NCBI GenBank assembly: GCA_963801165.1
Contig: CAWDDT010000011.1
Location: forward strand, 460,212-524,211
Origin: an uncultured bacterium
GTDB taxonomy: Bacteria > Actinomycetota > Acidimicrobiia > Spongiisociales > UBA5794
Direction: 5' to 3'
Length of the DNA: 64,000 nucleotides
Position 1 is the stretch's first letter, and the number at the start of each line of letters is the position of its first letter. A program made the position numbers and the translations under genes. Below are positions 7,401 through 15,681 of this stretch, in pieces. Below the pieces are notes generated by a model. It ran no database searches. It was not told the DNA's origin and worked only from the letters and a program-made list of their open reading frames with translations.

Positions 7401-9379
7401 ACACGGAATATCTCGATCAATTCGTCGAGGAAGCTCGAGAGAACGCCGAGGAGCTCGTCGCCGGTCTCCTCAGGCTCGAGAATGAGGAGGGCGACGCGGT
7501 CGTCGCCACTATCGCCGAGCTCTTCCGCTATGCCCACAACATCAAAGGTATGGCCGCGACCGTCGGCATCGACGCCATGACCATCGTGTCGCATCGGATG
7601 GAGGATCTACTCGAGCACTACCGGCAAGGCGGTGGGAGCCCGACACCCGAAGAGACAGATCTTCTGCTGTCGGGCTGCGACGTCCTCTCCGCCATGGTCG
7701 ATGAAGCGGCGGCAGGGACGAATCCTGAGATGCCGGTGGCGTTGATCGGCCAGTTCGACGGACACGCCGCAGCCCTCAACGGTGCCGGCACCAAGCCGGA
7801 GAAGGACACACCGGCTCCCGAAGAAGCGGAGAACCCGTCGGCACCGGCGACAGCCGATCCGGCGTCGTCAGGACAGCCGACGCATCGCCTCACAGTGAAG
7901 CTTGCCGACGATTGCCAACTGCCCGGGGCCCGAGCCGCCATGGTCATGCGTACGGCCTCAGCGGCGGGAAAGGTCGAGGCAACAGCCCCGTCTCACGAGG
8001 AGATCATCTCCGGTGGGATCAAAGAGTTCAGCCTGGACATGAGCGGCGTCGCCGACGTCGCTGCCCTCCTGACCCGGATCGCCGGCATTGCCGACGTGTC
8101 CGAAGTGACCGAGCAGCCGCTGGCGCCAAAGCCGCAAAAGGCCGCCGAGACCACATCGGCGCAGCGGGCCACGGTTCGTGTGGAGATCGAACGTCTCGAC
8201 GCGTTGATGGATCTCGTCAGCGAGCTCGTTATCGCTCGTGGACAGCTGGAACAACAGGTCGGGCTGTCCGGTGACCGCCAGATCCACGAATCGGTGGCCG
8301 GTACGGCACGTTTGATCTCGGACCTCCAGGCGCTGGTAGCGAAGGTGCGCATGGTCACTCTCGAGTCGACGTTCCGGCGGATGAACCGTCTCGTACGCGA
8401 CACGGCACGAACGCTGGGCAAGAAGATCAACTTCGAGATGACCGGCGCTGAGACCGAACTCGACAGACGCATGGTCGACGAGCTGAGCGACCCTCTCGTC
8501 CACCTGCTCCGCAATGCCGCCGACCACGGCGTCGAGACATCGAAGGAACAGCGCCTTGCCGCCGGCAAGCCGGAGGCGGGCACAATGCGTCTGGCGGCGT
8601 ATCACGAAGGCAACCAGGTCGTGATCGAGGTCAGCGACGACGGTCCCGGGATCAACACCGAGAGGGTGTGCGCCAAAGCCGTTGAGAAAGGAATCATCGG
8701 AGCAGATGACGTTGGCGCTCTCACCCATGCCCAGAAGCTCGATCTGGTGTTCGCACCGGGTCTGTCAACACGGACCGAAGCGAGCACCATCTCGGGCCGG
8801 GGCGTCGGCATGGATGTTGTCCGCTCATCAGTCAATCGTCTCGGCGGATCGGTAAGCGTCGAATCGAACAACGGTCAAGGAAGCATCTTCCGGCTACGGC
8901 TGCCGATGTCCCTAGCTGTTCTCGAAGCCTTGCTCGTGACGGTGGGCAACGAAACGTGGGCCGTGCCGCTCGCGCACATCGTCGAGACCATCGTCATCGG
9001 CAAGGACGACCTCCGCTGGGTACAGGGAGATCCCGTCATCACTCTGCGAGGAGCGACCATTCCGGTGATCCCGGGAAGCTGCCAGCTCTCCGGTGAATCC
9101 ACGATGCGCACCCCAACACCGGCCATCGTCTACCAGTACCAGGGCAGGCGCTGTGCGCTCACCGTCGACCAGCTCCTCACCCAGACCGAGGTCGTCGTCA
9201 AGCCGTTGCCCGGCTCGCTCGACGCCTCCCACGTCTCAGGGGTAACCATCCTCGGCGACGGAACGGTCGGGCTGATCCTCGATCTGGACAGCATTACCGC
9301 TGCGTACACGGCGCGAGATCGGTCGACGCGCATCAGCGTTGTCGACGAAGAAGAGCTAGTTCTGACCGGCGAGGTGTGA
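7397..9379 (+). CDS. cheA: Chemotaxis histidine kinase CheA
   Basis: HPt FRYAHNIKG, P2, dimerisation TVRV..ERLD.LM, HLLRNAADHG, SGRGVGMDVV, CheW domain. Confidence 0.97.
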   Translation: MNTEYLDQFVEEARENAEELVAGLLRLENEEGDAVVATIAELFRYAHNIKGMAATVGIDAMTIVSHRMEDLLEHYRQGGGSPTPEETDLLLSGCDVLSAMVDEAAAGTNPEMPVALIGQFDGHAAALNGAGTKPEKDTPAPEEAENPSAPATADPASSGQPTHRLTVKLADDCQLPGARAAMVMRTASAAGKVEATAPSHEEIISGGIKEFSLDMSGVADVAALLTRIAGIADVSEVTEQPLAPKPQKAAETTSAQRATVRVEIERLDALMDLVSELVIARGQLEQQVGLSGDRQIHESVAGTARLISDLQALVAKVRMVTLESTFRRMNRLVRDTARTLGKKINFEMTGAETELDRRMVDELSDPLVHLLRNAADHGVETSKEQRLAAGKPEAGTMRLAAYHEGNQVVIEVSDDGPGINTERVCAKAVEKGIIGADDVGALTHAQKLDLVFAPGLSTRTEASTISGRGVGMDVVRSSVNRLGGSVSVESNNGQGSIFRLRLPMSLAVLEALLVTVGNETWAVPLAHIVETIVIGKDDLRWVQGDPVITLRGATIPVIPGSCQLSGESTMRTPTPAIVYQYQGRRCALTVDQLLTQTEVVVKPLPGSLDASHVSGVTILGDGTVGLILDLDSITAAYTARDRSTRISVVDEEELVLTGEV

Positions 9380-9380
9380 T

Positions 9381-10848
9381 GTGACCACGATGACGGAGGC
9401 TCCCCCGGAGAAGGCGGCGGACACGTCCGCGGCGCCGGCGAGCGCGACTACGTCATCGCCGTCACGCAACAACGGGCTCCTGGTGGCTCTCGGTGTCAAC
9501 GAAGCTGCACTACAGCGAGCCCGAGACACCAGCGGGTTCGAAGTGAGTACCGATGCTGCGGAGCTACAAGCCGCCACGCTCGTGGCGATCTCCACACGGA
9601 TGGGACGGGGGAAGGCCCCGCGGATACCGGAGGACATCGACCGCGAGGTTACGCCTGTGGTGGTCATCTGCCATCCCGGTGGTGAGGAGACCGCCGTCGA
9701 GCTGATGCGCCAGGGCTGCTCCGGCGTCATTGCCGAAGGCAACGAGAGAGCCCTCGGCTCATTCGTGGACCCGGACCAACACACCGACGTCCTCATGGAT
9801 GGCTACCTGGAGCAGCTCGAGAAGACACGCGGGAGGCAGCACCCGCCGCCGCGATCCGGTGACCAACCTTCCGGAAGTAGCGTCGTTCGAGATGCGGCTC
9901 GGCGAGTTCATCGAGGCCGGGACTCCGCCCAACGTGATGATGATGCAGATCACCAACCTGGACCACGCCCGAGACCGCACGGACTCGAGGGCGATCAACC
10001 TGCTCCGGCGCCGCCTGGCGAGCTTCTACAACGATGCGGCGCAGCGGTACTCCTGCGAGGTGTTCAGCCTCGGGCAATCGACGTTTGCGGTACTCGACGG
10101 GAAACAGCTACTTGTCAGCCCGGAGCGCTTTGCCCACGAGCTGATCCAGATGACCGAGGCTTTCCGTCCCGCCGGAATCAAGCTGAAGCTTGCGGTTGGC
10201 GCCGTCATCGCCAGCGCCGAGAGCGAAGTGATGGCAATCCGCGACCAGGCGGAACAGGCCGTTGTCGCTGCGGCGCAGGCCGACGGGAGCTCGTATGTAA
10301 CCGCCGACCAGGTGACGGTCCTGCTGGCCGCTATTACCGAATACTCGGTTGCTCAGCTTCTCGTGGGTATCGTCGACAGCCTGGTTCCCGGTCCTCCCGG
10401 ACACAGCAACCGGGTGACCGAGCTCGCCTCCGACCTCGCCAGAGAGCTCGGGTATCAAGGCCGCGAGCTCAACAACCTGCGATTGGCAGCACTCCTACAC
10501 GAGGTGGGGCGGCTCCCGCTCGGCGACGAAGATCCGGTCACCGACGAGACCCACCCGGAACGAGGCGCCCGCTACGTGCTTGCGTCTGCGGGCCCTGAGA
10601 TCGCTGACGCGATCCGGTATCAAGCCGAGCGATGGGATGGGGCCGGCCCGGCCGCGCTCGTCGAAGACGACATCCCGCTTTCGGCCCGGATCATCGCCAT
10701 CGCCGAGGCGACCGACGACCTCCTTTACCCACCGTCCGGTCAGCCCGTGGCGCCAAACGAGCTGATCGAGAAGCTCGAGGCGGAGTCCGGGTCGCGATTC
10801 GACCCCAACCTGGTGAACACGGCGGTGCGTCTGTTCGGCGGGATGTAG
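9381..10848 (+). CDS. Degenerate REC-like/GGDEF/HD-GYP protein, frameshifted near 9831 (ORFs 9381..10598 and 9730..10848)
   Basis: Removing one G at 9831-9833 joins LEKTRG to GSTRRRDPVTNLP (GGDEF entry motif); C-terminal HD-GYP fold GHS.RV, ERWDG, IPLSARII, G..FDP. Confidence 0.75.
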
Positions 10849-10954
10849 CGGCCTCAAACGTCGATGAGGCCGGAGTCCCCTCCGTGAATCTGCACCGGTG
10901 GACTGCGCATCTGGTGTGCGGTCTTGACATCATCTACGCCGACCTGGAGGACTG

Positions 10955-12040
10955 ATGACCACCACCTCATCATCCGATGAGGTCACGGTCGATGCGCTAC
11001 AGCAGAAGATCTTCCTGCTCGAACAGGGGCTGAAGCAGTCGGCGCATCTCAGGGAGCTGTGGACGAACGCGGTCCGCGAGCTGAAGGCCACCAGGGCTGA
11101 GCTGAGGAGATCCCTGGAGCGTTTGACCGAAGCCCACGAGCAGCTGGAGCAGAAGAGTGTCTCCTTGGAGAGGCTCAACCAGCATCTCAGTGAGGAGATG
11201 GAGCTTCGGGAGAGAATGGAGACCGAGCTGCGGCTGGCGCAGAAACTCGAATCGATCGGACAGCTCGCCGCGGGCCTTGCGCACGAGATCAACACGCCCA
11301 TTCAGTACATCGGGGACAACACCAGATACCTCGGCACCGACTTCGACGCGTGTCTGGCACTCTTCGACCAGCTCCGACCGATCCTCGACGAGAATGCCGA
11401 CCCCGCCATCCTCCTCGACAGGGCAAGACAGATCGTGGAGACCGAGGACCTCGCCGGACTGGCCGAAGATGTCCCCGACGCCCTGACCGAGACTCTCGAA
11501 GGCATCGAACAGGTGGCCGAGATCGTCAGCTCCATGAAGGAGTTCTCGCACCACGGGACCCAGGGCAAGACACCCGTTGACATCAACCGCGCCCTGCAGG
11601 TCACCGCCACAGTCGCTCGCAGCGAATGGAAAGACGTCGCGGAGATCGAATGGCAGCTTGCGGAGCTGCCCGACGTCTACGCCGTGGGGGCGGAGCTGAA
11701 CCAGGTGTTCCTCAATCTCCTCGTGAACGCCGCCCAGGCCGTAGCGGAAGCGGCAAAGAAGAGAACCAGCCCGCCGGGTGTCATCAAGATCACCACCGCT
11801 GTTGCCGCAGGCGGAGTCTCCGTCGAGGTGACCGACAACGGCATCGGCGTTCCCGATGACGTCAAGGAGCACATATTCGATCTCTTCTTCTCCACGAAGG
11901 ATGTAGGCGTCGGGACGGGCCAGGGGTTGTCGATTGCACGCTCGATCGTCGTCGACCGCCACAACGGGACGATTGACATGGTCTCCGAGCCCGGCGTCGA
12001 GACGAGCTTCGTGATATGGCTACCGATAGGCTGCGGGTAG
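10955..12040 (+). CDS. Soluble sensor histidine kinase (coiled coil + HisKA + HATPase)
   Basis: QKLESIGQLAAGLAHEINTP H-box, LNQVFLNLLVNA, DNG.G, FFSTK..G.GTGQGL. Confidence 0.92.
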   Translation: MTTTSSSDEVTVDALQQKIFLLEQGLKQSAHLRELWTNAVRELKATRAELRRSLERLTEAHEQLEQKSVSLERLNQHLSEEMELRERMETELRLAQKLESIGQLAAGLAHEINTPIQYIGDNTRYLGTDFDACLALFDQLRPILDENADPAILLDRARQIVETEDLAGLAEDVPDALTETLEGIEQVAEIVSSMKEFSHHGTQGKTPVDINRALQVTATVARSEWKDVAEIEWQLAELPDVYAVGAELNQVFLNLLVNAAQAVAEAAKKRTSPPGVIKITTAVAAGGVSVEVTDNGIGVPDDVKEHIFDLFFSTKDVGVGTGQGLSIARSIVVDRHNGTIDMVSEPGVETSFVIWLPIGCG

Positions 12041-12067
12041 CCACGGGCTACGACCGAACCGACATCC

Positions 12068-12334
12068 TCAGATCGTCGGGTCGAGGAGACAGCGCACATA
12101 GAGCGCCTCGATCGCGTCGAGGTGCATCTCCGCGACACCGTCTGCGCTCAAAGCGTCGCGCAACGCCGTCATGCCGTCCGACCCGGGCACTTCGCCCCGG
12201 ATGGCGGCGTAGGCCGTCTCCATGAGATCGGGAGCGCACGACGAGGACACCAGACGCTGCGAGACTTGATCGTTTATCGAACGCATCCGCTCGGAGATGC
12301 GTCGCAACTGGGCGAGGTTCTCACTGGATCCCAT
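12068..12334 (-). CDS. Small hypothetical protein (88 aa)
   Basis: Strong RBS GGAAGGAGG before MGSSENLAQLRR; directly downstream of murI-macro. Confidence 0.6.
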   Translation of the reverse strand: MGSSENLAQLRRISERMRSINDQVSQRLVSSSCAPDLMETAYAAIRGEVPGSDGMTALRDALSADGVAEMHLDAIEALYVRCLLDPTI

Positions 12335-12359
12335 CGGGTTCCTCCTTCCGGTGGAAACC

Positions 12360-13706
12360 CTATCGCAACGGTCGCGACCACGTTGTGTCGAATGACCAGC
12401 CGTTGGGGGAAATTGCCCCGGCGACTCCGGATCTGAAGAGATCGGCCACCGCGCCATCGAGTGCGACCAGAACCGCTTCGGCGACCGCTCCCGGGTTGGC
12501 ATCGAGCCAGCGCACAACCTCGGAGGCGAGCACGGCGGTGGCCTCCGGCACGGGATAACCGTAGATTCCGGCGGAGATGGCAGGAAAAGCAATCGTCCGC
12601 GCGTCGATGGCCCGGGCCGCGTCGAGCGCACCCGATACTGCTGCCCGCAGCATGCCCTCATTGTCTTGACCCGACCGATATATCGGCCCGGCGACGTGGA
12701 CGACGTGAGCGGCGGGTAATGCGCCTGCCCCGGTGACAGCTGCGCCGCCAACGGATAGCGGCCCGTGCTCACGCACCCATCGCGTCGACTCGGTTTGGAT
12801 CGCCGCACCCCCCGCCCGCACGATCGCACCGGCAACACCACCACCGTGCTGGAGGTGAGTGTTGGCGGCATTGACAATGACGTCGACGTTCTGCCGGGTG
12901 AGGTCCCCAACGATCACCCGGATACTCCCCTGTGCCCCGATCATCACCCAGCCGGGACCCGCCTCGATCCCGACCAGAGTCCCGACCTGATCACGAAACG
13001 ACGTGACATTGCCGGTGGTGAGGAACTCAACCGATGCACCAGTCGCGGGCTCACCAACCATCCGCAACACCTGTCGGGCAACCGCGGGAGCGGGATCGAC
13101 CACCGTTATGTCGGGACCGGCGACTGCGGCAATGGCATCGAGCACAAACGGGTAGTGCGTGCAGCCGAGCACGAGAGTGTCGACGCCTGCTTTGCGCAAT
13201 GGCGTGACGTAGCGGGCAACGAGGGCCCGTGTCTCTTCGGCGTCGCCCCCCAGCTGCTCGATGGCGCCGGCCAATCCCGGACAGGCCTGCTCGATGACTG
13301 TGGCCCCGTTGGCGTGGCGGTCAAGGACCGATGCGTACAGCTCTCCCTGAAAGGTGGCGTCTGTGGCCAACACACCGATGACCCCACGGCGACTCTGCGT
13401 CGCGGCCGGCTTCACGGCCGGCTCCATGCCGACGAAGCGCACAGCGGGAAACACTTCCCGCAGGTGATGAAGCGCCGCGGCGGAGGCGCTGTTACACGCG
13501 ACGACCACCACATCGCAGTCGCGCCCGACCAGATACGAGGATATCGCTACAGCACGGTCTCGGACTTCCGTCAGACTTCGCTCACCATACGGAGCCATGG
13601 CCTGGTCGGCGACGTAGATCAACGGATGCCCGGGAGCGAGCTTCAGGAACTCGTTGAGGACCGACAGACCGCCAACGCCGGAATCGAATACACCTACTCG
13701 TCCCAT
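12360..13706 (-). CDS. murI: Glutamate racemase fused to a C-terminal macro domain
   Basis: FDSGVGGLSV, PYG, VACNSAS, LGCTHYP; then GDLT, VNAAN, GGGVAGAI, HVAGP, AISAGIYGYP, all in one open frame. Confidence 0.9.
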   Translation of the reverse strand: MGRVGVFDSGVGGLSVLNEFLKLAPGHPLIYVADQAMAPYGERSLTEVRDRAVAISSYLVGRDCDVVVVACNSASAAALHHLREVFPAVRFVGMEPAVKPAATQSRRGVIGVLATDATFQGELYASVLDRHANGATVIEQACPGLAGAIEQLGGDAEETRALVARYVTPLRKAGVDTLVLGCTHYPFVLDAIAAVAGPDITVVDPAPAVARQVLRMVGEPATGASVEFLTTGNVTSFRDQVGTLVGIEAGPGWVMIGAQGSIRVIVGDLTRQNVDVIVNAANTHLQHGGGVAGAIVRAGGAAIQTESTRWVREHGPLSVGGAAVTGAGALPAAHVVHVAGPIYRSGQDNEGMLRAAVSGALDAARAIDARTIAFPAISAGIYGYPVPEATAVLASEVVRWLDANPGAVAEAVLVALDGAVADLFRSGVAGAISPNGWSFDTTWSRPLR

Positions 13707-13802
13707 CTCGCAGGTGACGATAGCGCCTGACCCTCCGGGTCAGGTTCGAGTTTGCTACGCAAACTCGGCCTCGTGGCTCGGGTCAGGCGTTATCCTCGCC
13801 GG

Positions 13803-14627
13803 ATGCGTATCGGGTATCAGGGCGAGCCTCATTCGTATAGCCACCGGGCCGTCGGAGAGATCTTTCCCGACAGCGAGCCCGTCGGCTATCCCAGTTTCGT
13901 CGCGGCTTTCGACGCCCTCGACGACGGATCGGCAGACCGGCTGGTGATGCCCGTAGAGAACTCGACCACCGGCAGTGTGTTGCCGGTGCTGGATCGGCTC
14001 GCCGGTGCAGAAGGGCGGGGCCCCGTCTCCATTCGGCGCGAGCATCTCGTCGAGATCAGACACGCCCTGCTCGCGTTGCCGGGAGCCGGGCTCGAAAAGA
14101 TTCGCTATGTGAAGTCGCATCCAGAAGCACTCGCTCAAGCGGAGCGCACTCTGGCCGGTCTTGGCATTCGCCCGGTACCGCGGCACGACACCGCAGGAGC
14201 GGTACGCGAGGTTGCCGGCGACGGCAACCCGGAGGTGGCTGCCCTCGGCCCGCCGGAAGCGGGACCTCCGCATGGTTTGGAGGTTCTCCGCACCGATGTG
14301 ATGGATCGGGACCACAACACGACGAGATTCTTTGTCCTGGCGAAGGGCGCCACCGAAGTAGACCCCGATGATGACAAGACCACGATCATGTTCGTCACCG
14401 CCCACCGGCCCGGGGCCCTCGCCCTGGCGCTCACCGAGCTCGGCCTGCGTGGCGCCAACCTCACGCGCATAGAGTCGCGTCCGAACGATGAGGCATGGAG
14501 CTACAGGTTCTTTGTCGATCTGATCCATCCTGCTGGCCCCGAAGGTCTGCGCCAGGTCATCGAGCCGCAGCCCGCCACGCTCACCCGCCTCCTGGTTCTC
14601 GGGTCATACCAGGCGCGCCAGATCTGA
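13803..14627 (+). CDS. pheA: Prephenate dehydratase (PDT + ACT)
   Basis: YQGEP.SYS, PVENST.GSV, SHPEALAQ, N.TRF, NLTRIESRP, LGSY. Confidence 0.93.
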   Translation: MRIGYQGEPHSYSHRAVGEIFPDSEPVGYPSFVAAFDALDDGSADRLVMPVENSTTGSVLPVLDRLAGAEGRGPVSIRREHLVEIRHALLALPGAGLEKIRYVKSHPEALAQAERTLAGLGIRPVPRHDTAGAVREVAGDGNPEVAALGPPEAGPPHGLEVLRTDVMDRDHNTTRFFVLAKGATEVDPDDDKTTIMFVTAHRPGALALALTELGLRGANLTRIESRPNDEAWSYRFFVDLIHPAGPEGLRQVIEPQPATLTRLLVLGSYQARQI

Positions 14628-14655
14628 ACACGCCGGGTTTTTCGGTGGTTAATCG

Positions 14656-14681
14656 CTTACGCCATGGGGTGTCTGGTCGAC
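14656..14681 (+). promoter_or_regulatory. Sigma-28-like promoter of flagellin
   Basis: CTT-ACGCCATGGGGTGTCTG-GTCGAC (N17). Confidence 0.7.
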
Positions 14682-14696
14682 TGGTCCTTCTGAAAC

Positions 14697-14743
14697 GTTG
14701 ACATGGATGTTGACGAAGTGACGCACCGCCCTACAAGGAGGTA
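14697..14743 (+). promoter_or_regulatory. Two CsrA-binding-like sites in the flagellin leader
   Basis: GTTGACA-TGGA-TGTTGAC hairpin and TACAAGGAGGTA overlapping the SD; both resemble the CsrA consensus RUACARGGAUGU. Confidence 0.7.
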
Positions 14744-14749
14744 CACGAA

Positions 14750-15568
14750 GTGCGTATTAATCAGAACATTGCGGCATACAACGCATACCGCAATCTTTCC
14801 ACGACCAATGCTCAGTTGAGTAAGTCGCTCGAGAAGCTGTCTTCGGGTTTCCGGATCAATCGTGCTGCTGATGATGCGGCCGGGTTGGCGAAGTCTGAGT
14901 CGCTCCGTGCGGAGATCTCGGGTTCCCGTCAGGCGATCCGGAACGCTCAAGATGGTGTGAGTTTTGTCCAGACCGCTGAGGGTGCTCTCAATGAGGTGCA
15001 TTCGATCCTGCAGCGTATGCGTGAGTTGGCTGTTGATGCGGCCAACACTGCAACCACCGACGGTACTGCCCAGCAGGCCGAGGTGACCCAGCTGCTGGCA
15101 GAGATCACCTCGATCGGCACCAACAGCACATTCGCAGGCAACAGTGTCTTCCAGGACTACTCGTCGGGTACCGCGCTGACGTTCCATGTCGGTTCCGGCG
15201 CCGGCCAGACGCTGGAGATCAGCGAGAACCTCGCCTTGTCCTCGAGCGACGTGTTCGGCACCAACCTGTCCACCGTCAGCGTCTCGTCCGATGCCAATGC
15301 GGCGATCACGGCCATCGACAATGCGATCGACGCAGTGTCCTCGACCAGGTCGACTCTTGGTGCTACCCAGAACCGTCTGGAGCACACGGTGGCGAACCTG
15401 AGTGTCGCTGTTGAGAACCTGTCGGCTTCCGAGTCCCGGGTTCGTGACACCGACATGGCTGAAGAGATGGTGTCGTTCACCCGGCATCAGATCATGGTTC
15501 AGGCGGGCACTGCGATGCTTGCCCAGGCCAACCAGGTCCCGGCATCGGTCCTCCAACTCCTCCAGTGA
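14750..15568 (+). CDS. fliC: Flagellin (minimal, 272 aa)
   Basis: RINQN, LEKLSSGFRINRAADDAAGLA, LQRMRELAV, LGATQNRLEH, ASESRVRDTDMAEEM, QANQ.P..VL.LL. Confidence 0.98.
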   Translation: MRINQNIAAYNAYRNLSTTNAQLSKSLEKLSSGFRINRAADDAAGLAKSESLRAEISGSRQAIRNAQDGVSFVQTAEGALNEVHSILQRMRELAVDAANTATTDGTAQQAEVTQLLAEITSIGTNSTFAGNSVFQDYSSGTALTFHVGSGAGQTLEISENLALSSSDVFGTNLSTVSVSSDANAAITAIDNAIDAVSSTRSTLGATQNRLEHTVANLSVAVENLSASESRVRDTDMAEEMVSFTRHQIMVQAGTAMLAQANQVPASVLQLLQ

Positions 15569-15593
15569 GCTAGGACCCCCTCAGGTTGTACGG

Positions 15594-15622
15594 AAAGGGG
15601 GCGGCACCGCCGCCCCCTTTTT
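15594..15622 (+). terminator. Intrinsic terminator of flagellin
   Basis: AAAGGGGGCGGC-ACC-GCCGCCCCCTTT followed by TT. Confidence 0.85.
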
Positions 15623-15648
15623 CTTGATTGAGACGAGGTGGTGCCGAC
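15623..15648 (+). promoter_or_regulatory. Sigma-28-like promoter of the glycosyltransferase
   Basis: CTT-GATTGAGACGAGGTGGT-GCCGAC (N17), immediately after the flagellin terminator. Confidence 0.68.
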
Positions 15649-15681
15649 GGAAAGAGGGCGTAGTCCCGAAGGGAGCCCTCA

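Noticed and set aside
10923-10943. CTT...GCCGAC upstream of the soluble kinase
   Set aside because: Spacer is 12 nt rather than 17, and the site abuts the RBS.
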